64,000 nt of DNA. Origin: an uncultured Roseivirgaceae bacterium (GTDB lineage: Bacteria; Bacteroidota; Bacteroidia; Cytophagales; Cyclobacteriaceae). The notes under the pieces are model-generated. The model was not told the origin of the DNA. It made no database searches and was given only the letters and a program-made list of their open reading frames with translations. The position numbers were made by a program, and so were the translations under genes. The stretch is taken from positions 36,875 to 100,874 of the forward strand of contig CAZQVB010000007.1 in NCBI GenBank assembly GCA_964596645.1. Reading direction: 5' to 3'. This document shows, in pieces, positions 9,217-19,527 of this stretch (position 1 is its first letter; every line of letters begins with the position of its first letter).

Positions 9217-9828
9217 CTACAGCACGTCTACCAATATGAAAACCACACCGGCCAGTATGAGCCCTACACCTACAAAGTACAATGCACTGGTGCCAAATAT
9301 GGCTCCAAGTATGAGCAGTATCAAGCCGATACCACCCAATATCACTCCTGTGCGTGTGTAGCCCTGCAGCTCATTTATCTGCTGCACCTCCGAGGCATCA
9401 AGCGTAGAAGCCGGACCTGCAGCAATTTCCTTTTTGAGCGATTTCAATTCACGCTTCAGCTCCCTCTTCATTGCCCTGCGGTCGGAGCGCTCCAGGGCAT
9501 TGATTCTTGATTTTATCTCAGATTTCTCCATACTGGCTGCCTCTGATTTATCTACCTCTATAGCGTCGAGCACGATAGCCTCAGCACGTTGTATGCGGGT
9601 TTTTATATCATTTTCCACCAACACATCTTCATCGACAGTCGCCACCGCCGTGGCCGACTCTGCTTCTACGGCTGCTTCGCTTACCTCCTGAGGCTGCTTA
9701 TCGTGCTTTTCATACTTGATTTTCTTAAACTGATATGCTTTGGCATAGTCGAACTTTTTGCTGCCTGAGCACGAAAAAATGAATAAAATTACGATGAGCA
9801 GGCTGCTGAGGGTAGTCAATGTTTTCAT
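9217..9828 (-). CDS. Hypothetical lipoprotein with a charged coiled-coil region and a C-terminal transmembrane hairpin
   Basis: I trimmed the start to MKTLTTLSSLLIVILFIFSCSGS (lipobox Cys). The middle is rich in E/K/R heptads and the C-terminus has two hydrophobic helices. No family recognised. Confidence 0.5.
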   Translation of the reverse strand: MKTLTTLSSLLIVILFIFSCSGSKKFDYAKAYQFKKIKYEKHDKQPQEVSEAAVEAESATAVATVDEDVLVENDIKTRIQRAEAIVLDAIEVDKSEAASMEKSEIKSRINALERSDRRAMKRELKRELKSLKKEIAAGPASTLDASEVQQINELQGYTRTGVILGGIGLILLILGAIFGTSALYFVGVGLILAGVVFILVDVL

Positions 9829-9913
9829 AGCGATTTGTGGTTTTTTAAAACAAAGAGATAGAAAAAGGATAACCTTGAAAGTGTGTTTTGGTTGGAAATC
9901 TATGCATTTGCCC

Positions 9914-10669
9914 TTAATTGAACAACCACAATTTGATCGCCAACGCCGTGACGGCCACAATCAATATGGGCTTCAGGAAAGCCTCGCCCTTATCCACAGA
10001 CCAGCGGCTGGCAAACCAGGCACCAGCAGCATTTCCCGCCGCCAGCACCAATCCCAGCAGCCAGTTGATCTGATCATTGACGATGAAAACCAGTAGCGCT
10101 GCCGCGGTATACAACAGTATTACAAATACCTTCACACTATTGGTTTTTACCAGCGAAAAGCCAAAGATGGTCATGAGCGTGGGAATGATAATAAAGCCCA
10201 CACCGGCCTGTATAAAACCCCCGTATATGCCAATGAAGAAAAATGAAACAACGCCCACTGCGGTGCGTTTCCAGCCAGTCTTCTCCTCAGCCTTATCTGT
10301 TTTTTTCTTACCCATGCCGAGCACGGTATACACCACCACCAGCACCATGATCACCGCCAACAGCTTGTTGAACAGCGCCCCATCAATGTCGATGGCGATA
10401 TTGGCACCGATGATGGCTCCAAAAAGAGCCGAAATGCCCAATATGGTGCTGATGCGAAAGGAGGAAATGCCTTTGCTCCGGAAGCCGGCAATGCCAAAGA
10501 TGTTTTGAATAAATATGGCCACGCGGTTGGTGCCATTGGCCACTGCCGGTGGCAGCCCCATAAATATGAGTACCGGCATGGTGAGCAACGACCCGCCGCC
10601 GGCCAGTGTATTAAAAAACCCGGCGATCACGCCCGTGCCCAGCACCAACAGTATTTTCCAATATTCCAT
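9914..10669 (-). CDS. TauE/SafE family sulfite-exporter-like membrane protein
   Basis: I trimmed the start to MEYWKILLVLGTGVIAGFFNTLAGGGS. The family's duplicated GGG..L..P motif is present, in a polytopic protein of about 250 aa. Confidence 0.85.
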   Translation of the reverse strand: MEYWKILLVLGTGVIAGFFNTLAGGGSLLTMPVLIFMGLPPAVANGTNRVAIFIQNIFGIAGFRSKGISSFRISTILGISALFGAIIGANIAIDIDGALFNKLLAVIMVLVVVYTVLGMGKKKTDKAEEKTGWKRTAVGVVSFFFIGIYGGFIQAGVGFIIIPTLMTIFGFSLVKTNSVKVFVILLYTAAALLVFIVNDQINWLLGLVLAAGNAAGAWFASRWSVDKGEAFLKPILIVAVTALAIKLWLFN

Positions 10670-10851
10670 GTGATCCAATCCGTTTACTATGTCACCCTGT
10701 TGAGATGATTCAAAAGTGCATTTTTTCGTCAACATTTGCGCATTGGCTGTAGAATTCGCTGCCAGGCCTGCCTTCCTTTTTGTCGCATGTCGAAGATGCA
10801 AATTCCTTACATTCGCCTTTTGATTTAGCGGATGATCAAGCGCAAATGCTT

Positions 10852-11427
10852 ATGAAAAATATATGTGTATTCTGCGGGTCGCAGGCCGGGCACCATGCGG
10901 TATATGCCGAAGAGGCCGCCACCTTGGGTAAGAGGCTGGCGGAAGAAAAAGTAAGGCTAATTTACGGCGGTGGCAGCATAGGGCTGATGGGTGTGGTGGC
11001 CGATGCCGTGCTCGCCCATGGCGGCGAGGCTATTGGTGTGATCCCCCGGTTCTTGTATGAAAAGGAGGTGGGGCACGGCGCACTTTCAAACCTCATCATC
11101 GTAAACACCATGCACGAACGCAAGCAGAAAATGGCCGAGCTAGCCGATGGCTTCATAGCCCTGCCCGGGGGCATCGGCACATTGGAGGAGCTATTCGAAA
11201 TTTTTACCTGGGTGCAGTTGCAGATTATACAAAAGCCTCTTGGCCTGCTGAATATCAATGGGTACTTCAGTCACCTCAAATCCTTTCTTCAACACATCGT
11301 AGACGAGGGTTTCATGACCGCTCACACATACAACATACTCCTACAAGCCGACGATATCGACGCGCTGCTGCCAGCCATGCTGAATGCCGCCCGGCATACC
11401 CGAGAAGGTGATATGGATAAAACATAA
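10852..11427 (+). CDS. LOG family protein (cytokinin riboside 5'-monophosphate phosphoribohydrolase-like, TIGR00730)
   Basis: Motifs ICVFCGS, YGGGSIGLMG and PGGIGTLEEL (the PGGxGTxxE signature). The start could be the ATG at 10846 or 10852. Confidence 0.88.
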   Translation: MKNICVFCGSQAGHHAVYAEEAATLGKRLAEEKVRLIYGGGSIGLMGVVADAVLAHGGEAIGVIPRFLYEKEVGHGALSNLIIVNTMHERKQKMAELADGFIALPGGIGTLEELFEIFTWVQLQIIQKPLGLLNINGYFSHLKSFLQHIVDEGFMTAHTYNILLQADDIDALLPAMLNAARHTREGDMDKT

Positions 11428-11539
11428 ACATACATTTTATGCATTGTACTTTGTCGTCATTGGCTTTATTGGATGTTTACTCGTTGTTTATATATGCTCG
11501 ATAGCGATCAATGACCGTCAATCATACCAGATAACTTTT

Positions 11540-14332
11540 ATGATGATGTATACAAAATATTTCGTATTCCTGATTTTCTGTTGCTCAATGGTGGCCACTG
11601 TGCATGCGCAGAAATCCGTGCTGACTTCCGAAACTTTTGACCAATGGAAGAAAATTGAAAACGTGAAAATATCGGACGATGGTCGCTGGGTGGTGTATCA
11701 ACAAGACCCGCAGAAAGGAGACGGCCAACTGATATTGACGAGCGACAGCAGCCGCCATGTTTTTCCCCGTGGGCATGAGGCGTACTTTTCGGCAGATAGC
11801 CGCCATTTGGTTTTTTCTATAAAACCACCAGCCGAGGCAGTAAGGCAAGCCAAACGTGCCAAACTGGACGAGTCTAAATGGCCGAAAGACTCACTGGCTG
11901 TGGTTGATCTACTCAATTTCTCTACCTGGAAGCGCGCTGATGTATTGTCCTTTAAAATTCCTGAAAAATGGTCGGGGTGGCTTGCTGTGAAATATTTTCC
12001 CGATTCGGCTATGGTATCAAAAGAAAAAGAAGACGCCGGCGCAGAAGAAGAGAACAACGGTCTCTTGCATCTACTCACGCTGCGGGGCGAGCTTGTGGCT
12101 GCCCACGACTCCGTGTCGGAGTACCTCTTTTCTGAAGAAGGAAAAATGGCCTATTTCATTGTCGTGGGTGATTCTGCCAGCCACTCAGCCGTTTACGGTT
12201 TCGATACGGAGAGCCGAAATTTGGTGCTTATTGACTCCACGCATACCACAGCACGGCAACTGGATACCGACAGATCCGGCAACCGCGCGGCTTTTCTGGC
12301 CACATCCGACAGCCTGGGGGCAGAGACTCCACGCTATGAACTGCTCTTCTGGCAACAGCCCATAGAAAAGTTGAGCCTGCTCATGCTGCCCAAAAAAGAT
12401 TCTTTGCTCAGGCAAGTGATGATCAGCCCCCACTACAAGCCGGTTTTTTCTTCTTCAGGCAAGCGCCTTTTTGTGGGCACTATGGCGGCGCCCATAAAAA
12501 CCGCCTACGAGTCCGACACCACCCTGCTTGACGAGGAGCGTGTGAAGCTCGATATCTGGGCATGGACCGATCCGCTCATTCAGCCACAGCAGCTGGCAGA
12601 GCTGGAAAAGGAGCAAAAACGGTCGTACCTGGCCTATTTCGACCTCGATCTGAACGAATTTTTGCAACTCGGCACTGCGCAGATGCCCGACATCCATCTG
12701 AATAAAGATCTCACTTCCAATCATGCACTGGCGCTCACCGAGAAGCCGTATGAAAAAATGATCTCCTGGGAGTGGCCCTATCGCCGCGACGCCTACGTCA
12801 TCAATCTCAAGACCGGAGAGCAAAAGCTGGTGGTGAGGGGTACCAAAGGTACTCCCAAACTCTCCCCTTCGGGTAAGTTCGTCTATTGGTACAGCCCCGA
12901 AGACAGTGCCTGGATGGCCCACCAGATATCAACAGCTACCACACGCAACCTCACCCAACATATTGATCGGGCTTTTCATGACGAAGACCACGACCTGCCC
13001 ACTGAGGCAGCCGAGTATGGATCGGCCGGATGGCTTGCCGACGATACCTTTTTGTTGGTATACGACAGGTATGACGTGTGGAAGCTGGATCCGCTGGGGA
13101 AAATGGCTGCCGAAAACCTAACCGATGGCTACGGCCGAAGCCGCGGTATACGCCTGCGCTACGAGCGCCTCAGTGATGAGAAAGAATATATCACAACGGA
13201 ACAGCCTTTTATTTTGTCGGCTTTTCAGGAAAACAACAAAATGAGTGGCTACTTCCGCGACAGCCTGTACACTGTGAGCCAGCCTGTGAAACTGATACTG
13301 GACGATCATCGCTTCTACGGGCTGCAAAAAGCACGGAACAGCCCGGCAGTAGTGTATAGAAAAGAGCGCTACGACGACTACCCCGATGTCTGGAAAAGCA
13401 GTGTATACTTTAGTGAATCTGAAAAAATAAGCGATGCCAATCCACAGCAAGACCAGTACCTCTGGGGCAGTGCTGAAATGGTGCATTGGCTAAGCCTGGA
13501 TGGCGACTCACTGAGCGGCATTGTGTACAAACCCGGCAACTACACCATTGACAAGACCTACCCTACGCTGGTATATTTCTACGAGCGCATGAGCGATGAG
13601 CTGCACCGGTACTACAGCGCCGAGCCACTGCGCTCACGGCTGCACATACCCTATTTCGTGAGCCGCGGATATGTGGTGTTTGTACCCGATGTGCACTACA
13701 CCACCGGCAGACCCGGGCAAAGCGCCTATAGCTGCGTGGTAAGCGGCGTAATGCACCTGATAGAAAAGGGCATCGCCGACAAAGCACGCGTAGGGATACA
13801 GGGCCATAGCTGGGGTGGCTATCAAACGGCCTGGCTCATCACCCAGACAGACCTGTTCAAAGCAGCAGTGGCCGGAGCCCCAGTCTCCAATATGACCAGT
13901 GCCTATGGAGGCGTTCGTTGGGAGACCGGTCTCAGCCGCATGTTTCAATACGAAACCACCCAGAGCCGCCTGGGAGGTACGCTGTGGGAAAAGCCGCTTT
14001 TGTACATAGAAAACTCTCCGCTCTTTTATGCCGACCAGATAGGCACGCCACTGCTGATGATGCACAACGACCAGGATGGCGCCGTGCCATGGTACCAGGG
14101 TATCGAACTTTTTCTGGCAATGCGAAGGCTGGATAAGCCGGTATGGCTGCTCAACTACAACAATGAGGGCCACAATATGAAAGACCGGGAAAACACGCTC
14201 GACTACCACATGCGCATGGAGCAATTTTTCGATCACTACCTGCTGGCAGCACCAAAGCCGCTTTGGATGAAAAGCGGCGTGCCCGCCATTATCAAAGGCA
14301 AAGAATTGGGCTTAGGAGTGGAAGACGAGTAG
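11540..14332 (+). CDS. S9 family serine peptidase (prolyl oligopeptidase / DPP type) with a large N-terminal propeller region
   Basis: I trimmed the start to MMMYTKYFVFLIFCCSMVATVHAQ (signal peptide). The C-terminal hydrolase domain carries GHSWGG (nucleophile elbow), HNDQDGAVP (Asp) and NNEGHNM (His). Confidence 0.88.
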   Translation: MMMYTKYFVFLIFCCSMVATVHAQKSVLTSETFDQWKKIENVKISDDGRWVVYQQDPQKGDGQLILTSDSSRHVFPRGHEAYFSADSRHLVFSIKPPAEAVRQAKRAKLDESKWPKDSLAVVDLLNFSTWKRADVLSFKIPEKWSGWLAVKYFPDSAMVSKEKEDAGAEEENNGLLHLLTLRGELVAAHDSVSEYLFSEEGKMAYFIVVGDSASHSAVYGFDTESRNLVLIDSTHTTARQLDTDRSGNRAAFLATSDSLGAETPRYELLFWQQPIEKLSLLMLPKKDSLLRQVMISPHYKPVFSSSGKRLFVGTMAAPIKTAYESDTTLLDEERVKLDIWAWTDPLIQPQQLAELEKEQKRSYLAYFDLDLNEFLQLGTAQMPDIHLNKDLTSNHALALTEKPYEKMISWEWPYRRDAYVINLKTGEQKLVVRGTKGTPKLSPSGKFVYWYSPEDSAWMAHQISTATTRNLTQHIDRAFHDEDHDLPTEAAEYGSAGWLADDTFLLVYDRYDVWKLDPLGKMAAENLTDGYGRSRGIRLRYERLSDEKEYITTEQPFILSAFQENNKMSGYFRDSLYTVSQPVKLILDDHRFYGLQKARNSPAVVYRKERYDDYPDVWKSSVYFSESEKISDANPQQDQYLWGSAEMVHWLSLDGDSLSGIVYKPGNYTIDKTYPTLVYFYERMSDELHRYYSAEPLRSRLHIPYFVSRGYVVFVPDVHYTTGRPGQSAYSCVVSGVMHLIEKGIADKARVGIQGHSWGGYQTAWLITQTDLFKAAVAGAPVSNMTSAYGGVRWETGLSRMFQYETTQSRLGGTLWEKPLLYIENSPLFYADQIGTPLLMMHNDQDGAVPWYQGIELFLAMRRLDKPVWLLNYNNEGHNMKDRENTLDYHMRMEQFFDHYLLAAPKPLWMKSGVPAIIKGKELGLGVEDE

Positions 14333-14457
14333 CAGCATGCAAATTCTAAGCATTTATGACATCCCAGCGATGGTGTTTATGCAAAAGCGCGCCTAACTTA
14401 TACTTTTTGCCGTGGCCGCACTTCAGCAGCTTTTTTATTCATGCCAAAACTCTAAAG

Positions 14458-16023
14458 ATGACAACAGCAGATGCTTTACAAAACCACCTGAAAGAGCGGT
14501 ATAATTTTAAAGGGCGGTCTATCACTTTGGGCGCGGCCATGTATGGCGGCAAGGTTATGACCGGCACAGAGATAGGTGCACCTCTGAAAACGCTCAACCG
14601 ACATGGTCTTATTTGCGGCGCTACAGGTACAGGAAAAACAAAAACGCTGCAAGTGATGGCCGAGGGACTGGCAGATGCCGGCGTACCCGTACTGCTGATG
14701 GATATAAAGGGCGACCTGAGTGGACTAGCAAAACCCGGCGTGCAACATCCAAAGATTGAGGAGCGCCATGCCGCCATCGGCCTTCCCTACATACCATCGG
14801 GCTACACGGTAGAGCCATTGTCCATATCGGCAGATGGGGGAGTGCGGCTGCGCGCCACAGTGTCGGAGTTGGGGCCTGTGTTGCTGGCAAAGATGCTCGA
14901 GCTGAACGATGCACAGGCCGGCATCATCGCCCTGCTTTTTAAGTATTGCGACGATCATCAACTGCCGCTGCTCGATCTGGCCGATCTGAAGCGTGTGTTG
15001 CGATTTAGTGTAGAAGAGGGTTCCGATGCTTTGGCGCAAGAATATGGTCGCATTTCCAAGGCTTCTGTGGGAACAATTCAGCGCAAAGTAGTAGCGCTGG
15101 AACAACAGGGCGCTGACCGCTTTTTCGGTGAAAAATCTTTTGATCCCGCCGATCTTTTAAGACAGGACGATGCCGACAGGGGCATCATTTCTGTGTTGCG
15201 GCTCACCGATATACAGGACCGCCCCAAGCTGTTTTCCACTTTCATGCTGAGCCTGCTGGCAGAAGTGTACGCTACTTTTCCTGAGCAAGGCGATGTGGAC
15301 GCACCCATCCTGGCCATCTTCATCGATGAAGCACATCTTGTTTTTGACCAGTCCAGCAAAGCCCTGCTGCAACAGCTCACTACCATCGTAAAGTTAATCC
15401 GATCCAAGGGGGTAGGTGTATTCTTTTGTACTCAGTCGCCTGCCGATGTGCCGGAGGAAATATTGAGCCAGCTTGGCCTGCGTGTGCAGCATGCACTGCG
15501 GGCATTTACTGCCAAAGACCGGAAGCGCATCAAGCTCATTGCCGAGAATTTTCCGCCCAGCGATTATTACAAAACCGACGAGCTGCTTACCAGTATGGGC
15601 ATAGGCGAGGCGCTTATCACAGCTTTGGATGAAAAAGGAATACCGACACCGCTGGCAGCCACCATGCTGGTGGCACCCCGCTCACGCATGGGCATACTTT
15701 CCGCAGAAGAGCTGGAAGCGCTTGTGAACAGTTCAGAATTGGCTTCCGACTATAATGAAGCCATTGATCGCCGGAGCGCCTATGAGATTTTGAATGAAAA
15801 ACTAGAGGCCTTCCGCCAGCATGGCGCCGATGAACACCTGGAAGAAAAGAAAAAAACCAAACACGCCTCGAAAGAGGAACCAAGCCTGGCGGAGCAACTT
15901 TCGAAGAATACTATGGTACGACAACTGGGGCGCACTGTGATGCGCGAAGTCACGCGTGGCTTGCTCGGTGCTTTGGGTGTAAAAGCCACCACACGGCGCA
16001 GAAGAAGCCATTCTCTTTGGTAA
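14458..16023 (+). CDS. HerA-like P-loop ATPase (DUF853 / YjgR family)
   Basis: I trimmed the start to MTTADALQ. Walker A is GATGTGKTKT and Walker B is LAIFIDEAH. The C-terminal tail is basic. Confidence 0.85.
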   Translation: MTTADALQNHLKERYNFKGRSITLGAAMYGGKVMTGTEIGAPLKTLNRHGLICGATGTGKTKTLQVMAEGLADAGVPVLLMDIKGDLSGLAKPGVQHPKIEERHAAIGLPYIPSGYTVEPLSISADGGVRLRATVSELGPVLLAKMLELNDAQAGIIALLFKYCDDHQLPLLDLADLKRVLRFSVEEGSDALAQEYGRISKASVGTIQRKVVALEQQGADRFFGEKSFDPADLLRQDDADRGIISVLRLTDIQDRPKLFSTFMLSLLAEVYATFPEQGDVDAPILAIFIDEAHLVFDQSSKALLQQLTTIVKLIRSKGVGVFFCTQSPADVPEEILSQLGLRVQHALRAFTAKDRKRIKLIAENFPPSDYYKTDELLTSMGIGEALITALDEKGIPTPLAATMLVAPRSRMGILSAEELEALVNSSELASDYNEAIDRRSAYEILNEKLEAFRQHGADEHLEEKKKTKHASKEEPSLAEQLSKNTMVRQLGRTVMREVTRGLLGALGVKATTRRRRSHSLW

Positions 16024-16143
16024 TGGATAATTTTAAAATTTGCCGGCTCATTCGTCGCATATTGTTGAGAGGGGAAAAATGTGATTTGCTGAGGTGGCCA
16101 GAATTGCTTCGCGCAATCACATATTGAACCGGCTTTGTATGCT

Positions 16144-16974
16144 CTACTTATTCATTTGATTACTTATCCATGTGGAGTAAAAATCAAAAACTTTCTGTTT
16201 AAAGACTTCTTGATGGGGCTCATGCCGGGCATTTTTCCAAATTTGGCAAGTGGCACCGGCCAGTCTGGCAAACTGCTCGCTGCCGTGCCTGCCCGTGATG
16301 GGGTCATCATCGCCATGGCACACCAGTAGCGGTATGTTTACGGAGGCTGCGTTGCTTAGCGCAAATTCTGCTGCTCGCTTCATCTTTACGTACAAAGCCA
16401 GCGAAATGTAGTCATGGCTCAGCTCATCATTTCGTGCAGCCTCCACTGCTTCGGGATTGTGCGCGAGCTCTTCATAGGTTCCGTAACCCGATACCCGCCA
16501 AGCCGGCAAGATACCATAGAGCCAGCCTGCCGCTTTCTGCTTCCATAGTGGCACCTTACGCTCCAGAATAAACCAGGGCGACGACAATATGGCACCTGTC
16601 ACCTCACGTGAGGGAAATCGGATAAGATAATTTGCTACCAAAGTGCCACCCATACTGTGACCGAGAATAAACAGTGGTAAATCAAGGTGAAGATGACGCA
16701 ACTGCACCAAAGCCTCCTGAAGATCATTCATAAGTACATTGAGTGCACGTGCATGACCCCTTCTGCCCTCTGACCGGCCGTGCCCGCGCAGATCGAAGGC
16801 AAAAACAGCGAAACCCTGCCGGGCAAAGTGCTCGGCCATTTCCCTGTACCGCCCGGAGTGCTCGCCAAGACCATGCACCAGCAATATGAGACCACGTAAG
16901 TTGCCATCGGGCAGGTAGTAGGTACCATACAACATTGTGCGCCCCGTAGGAAAAGTGTGTTCTTGAATCGTCAT
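16144..16974 (-). CDS. Alpha/beta hydrolase (lysophospholipase / monoacylglycerol-lipase-like)
   Basis: Motifs LVHGLGEHSGRY, GHSMGG and the C-terminal HGDDD...H triad pattern. I prefer the ATG at 16974 over the upstream TTG. Confidence 0.85.
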   Translation of the reverse strand: MTIQEHTFPTGRTMLYGTYYLPDGNLRGLILLVHGLGEHSGRYREMAEHFARQGFAVFAFDLRGHGRSEGRRGHARALNVLMNDLQEALVQLRHLHLDLPLFILGHSMGGTLVANYLIRFPSREVTGAILSSPWFILERKVPLWKQKAAGWLYGILPAWRVSGYGTYEELAHNPEAVEAARNDELSHDYISLALYVKMKRAAEFALSNAASVNIPLLVCHGDDDPITGRHGSEQFARLAGATCQIWKNARHEPHQEVFKQKVFDFYSTWISNQMNK

Positions 16975-17092
16975 GCGGGGCGGAAGATGATAAATAATGC
17001 CCTTATGCAAAAATCATATCCAAAAAAACAGACGGCATTTTTTGGTTATACCGTCTAGCATATACATTTATACTCCCCATCATACACAGACT

Positions 17093-17959
17093 ATGACAAA
17101 GACTTTTTTTCTACTCCTTCTTCTCAGCAGCGTGCTTCCAGCGTTGGCACAGCAGCGCCTTCGGCCAGGTGTACTTTATCCTGAGGGCAGTGCCATCACT
17201 GCGCCACAGTCTGGCCTGTCGGGCGTAGTGCCGCAAGGTTGGTTTGGCACCCTGCCGCAGGGTGAAGACATATTCTTGTTGCTGCCCAACAGCAGCGAAG
17301 AAGCGTATATGCTGGTGCGCACCAGGGAGGCAGCTCTGGATAAGGTAGAGGCGGAGTGGCAGCAGACGTTTGATGTGACGGACAACATTTCGGCGCGCCA
17401 GACGGGTGCTTCCGTGCGCAGTGACAATAGGCTTTCTGCCAATTTCTCAGTGGATGGAACACGTAAGCCCGCTAAAGGGCACGCCACAGCCATAGATGGA
17501 GGACATGGCAAAACAGCCATTTTTATCCTCATTGCACCGGAGGCCAGCTATGACAAGTATTACCAACAATATCAACAGTTGATGTCTTCCGTACGTATGG
17601 AAGCGCCCAGCCTGGCCAGTGCCTTTGCGGACTTTGACTGGTCTCAATTTTTGGTTGACAAGTATATCACCTCCCGCATATCTGATCCGGCGGTGGTGAA
17701 AAAAGATCATTTATGGCTCTGTGCCGATGGCAGTTTTAAGTCAAAAGTACAGCGCGGTGGATTTTTACATACTGAGAAGAGTAAGTATCAGGGCAAGAAA
17801 AGGGGCCGCTGGCATGCCCGTGGTATAGGCGAAGCAGGCCAGCTCGTACTAACTTTCGACAAGGCCGACCCGCTGACGCTGGATCTGGAGATAAAGGATA
17901 AAAAGATTTATGTAAATGGTACCCATATGTACCTGATGGAGAATCCTAAATGCCCATAA
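17093..17959 (+). CDS. Hypothetical secreted protein
   Basis: I trimmed the start to MTKTFFLLLLLSSVLPALAQQ (signal peptide). The composition looks like a real coding region, but I recognise no family motif. Confidence 0.5.
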   Translation: MTKTFFLLLLLSSVLPALAQQRLRPGVLYPEGSAITAPQSGLSGVVPQGWFGTLPQGEDIFLLLPNSSEEAYMLVRTREAALDKVEAEWQQTFDVTDNISARQTGASVRSDNRLSANFSVDGTRKPAKGHATAIDGGHGKTAIFILIAPEASYDKYYQQYQQLMSSVRMEAPSLASAFADFDWSQFLVDKYITSRISDPAVVKKDHLWLCADGSFKSKVQRGGFLHTEKSKYQGKKRGRWHARGIGEAGQLVLTFDKADPLTLDLEIKDKKIYVNGTHMYLMENPKCP

Positions 17960-18124
17960 TCCAAGTAGCGGGTAGGCAGTATTGGGGGAGATTGTGGCAT
18001 CTGTGAAACCGCACACGACGCTGAAAAATTGATTTTACTCTTTCCTGCACGTTTCAATATATTTCAGCATCATCCTCCGGCTTTTGAAGCTGCAGTGACG
18101 ACAAGCTTGTGAAGGTCATTGTAC

Positions 18125-18631
18125 TCACTGCGTTCGTACTTCCTTCCAGGCTTTTATCTGCCAGGTGATCTGTCCTGTGGCCAGGTGGTTGCGGGCTTTG
18201 TCCATTATTTTCACTTCACAGTCTACCAATACCGCAGGGTGTTGCCTGAGCGGGTTGAGTATATATTCTTCCAGCCACTGGTCATTTACCTGAAAAGACG
18301 CGTAGGCATTCAACTTACCCTGAAAATGATAATCCATTCGGAAGCCTTTCATAATGATGCGGTACTTTTTGGGGTCGAGCCGTGCAACCAAAAGAAATCC
18401 AGTCGTGAATTCGGCAAGAGTGGCTAATGCGCAAGCATGCAGCCCGCGTATATGGTTGAGATTGGCCCGCTTGTATGGCAGTAGTACTGTAAGGCTATCG
18501 TGCAGCAGCTCTACAATACGGAAGCCGTGGGGCTTATTGAAAGGCACCATGCGACTGAGGCCAATATTGAGTAACCAGCGGTAAAACGATGACTTTTGTG
18601 CCTTTTGGGCTATGGCTTGTATATCGGCCAT
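18125..18631 (-). CDS. Hotdog-fold protein (thioesterase fold), DUF4442 / YiiD C-terminal type
   Basis: 168 aa. VPFNKPHGFRIVEL...LNHIRGLHACALATLAEFTTG resembles the PaaI/DUF4442 hotdog core. Confidence 0.65.
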   Translation of the reverse strand: MADIQAIAQKAQKSSFYRWLLNIGLSRMVPFNKPHGFRIVELLHDSLTVLLPYKRANLNHIRGLHACALATLAEFTTGFLLVARLDPKKYRIIMKGFRMDYHFQGKLNAYASFQVNDQWLEEYILNPLRQHPAVLVDCEVKIMDKARNHLATGQITWQIKAWKEVRTQ

Positions 18632-18828
18632 GGGTAAGTTGCGTTGGGTGGAGTATCAATTTAGCAGAAAACAAACAGAAAAGGCATGGGCCATTCCATG
18701 ATTTTATTATTCTGAACACTTTATAAGTGCATGTTGAATGGCAATTAACACACCTCATCGGCAGAACCAAATCCGTGGCAGGCAGTTTAGAAAATTCAAA
18801 TGGACATATTGTGATTACGAAGCATGCC

Positions 18829-19485
18829 ATGACAACTCGAAAAACCCTTGTGCTCATATCGTCGGCCATGTTTGTAGCAGCCATATTTGCGATCGGCTAT
18901 GATATAACGCTGAGGCAAAAAATGCCGCTCACCGTTTTTTATATAGAACACAAAGGTATCGACCTGACACAGTACAGCAGCCCATCACCGGAGCTCTCTC
19001 CGGCAAATGTGGTTGACATACAATTGAATGCGCTAAAACACAATAATGCTGAGGATAGCGGTATAGCCGTAGCGTTCAAGTTCGCTTCAAATGCCATAAA
19101 AAAAACGCCGGCTGCATTTTCCAGTTTTGCTGCCGTGATCAAATCATCGCAATACGAATCACTCATGCATTTTAGCTCCTTCCGTAAAATGCCGCTTCGA
19201 TATCATTATAAAGCCGCCATTCAGCTGGTGGAGGTAGAGGAGCCAGGCGGTGAGCGATCCGTCTATATGTTTGTTTTGAAACGCAGCAACGAAGACCCTA
19301 CAAAAGGATGTTGGCTATTGGAAAGCCTCAGGAAAGTTGATGAGGAGCCAAATTATCCGTTGGTACAGAAAAGAGAAGCGGAGTCAGAACGCCCTGATTT
19401 TGCCAATAAGCAATCCAATATTTTAGCTGCTGCCCCGCAAATATGCCTTTTCACTCAAACGGTCAACAAATTACGTTCTGTGTAG
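18829..19485 (+). CDS. Membrane-anchored DUF4864-like protein
   Basis: I trimmed the start to MTTRKTLVLISSAMFVAAIFAIGY (transmembrane anchor). PANVVDIQLNALKHNN...GIAVAFKFAS matches my memory of DUF4864. The extent of the C-terminal tail is uncertain. Confidence 0.5.
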   Translation: MTTRKTLVLISSAMFVAAIFAIGYDITLRQKMPLTVFYIEHKGIDLTQYSSPSPELSPANVVDIQLNALKHNNAEDSGIAVAFKFASNAIKKTPAAFSSFAAVIKSSQYESLMHFSSFRKMPLRYHYKAAIQLVEVEEPGGERSVYMFVLKRSNEDPTKGCWLLESLRKVDEEPNYPLVQKREAESERPDFANKQSNILAAAPQICLFTQTVNKLRSV

Positions 19486-19527
19486 TTCTACCAAAAATCT
19501 TTCTCATACCCATCTATCACTTTACCA

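Noticed and set aside
9829-9960. N-terminal extensions in the ORF track, which create apparent overlaps. Examples: 9217-9960 versus 9914-10801, 10780 versus 10801, 11384 versus 11427, 14356, 16997, 18727, 42812, 55433, 59879 and 63386.
   Set aside because: The track opens at the first ATG/GTG/TTG after a stop. In each case an internal Met followed by a signal peptide, lipobox or family-typical N-terminus gives a shorter gene without overlap, so I trimmed the starts.
14458-16023. The HerA-like ATPase as part of an anti-phage defence system.
   Set aside because: No adjacent nuclease, Sir2, DUF4297 or other effector gene is present. The neighbours are unrelated housekeeping-type genes in different orientations.
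16079-16123. An imperfect inverted repeat (ATGTGATT ... AATCACAT) between the HerA-like gene and the hydrolase gene.
   Set aside because: The loop is about 30 nt, the stem is short and A/T-rich, and there is no flanking T-run. This is indistinguishable from chance.
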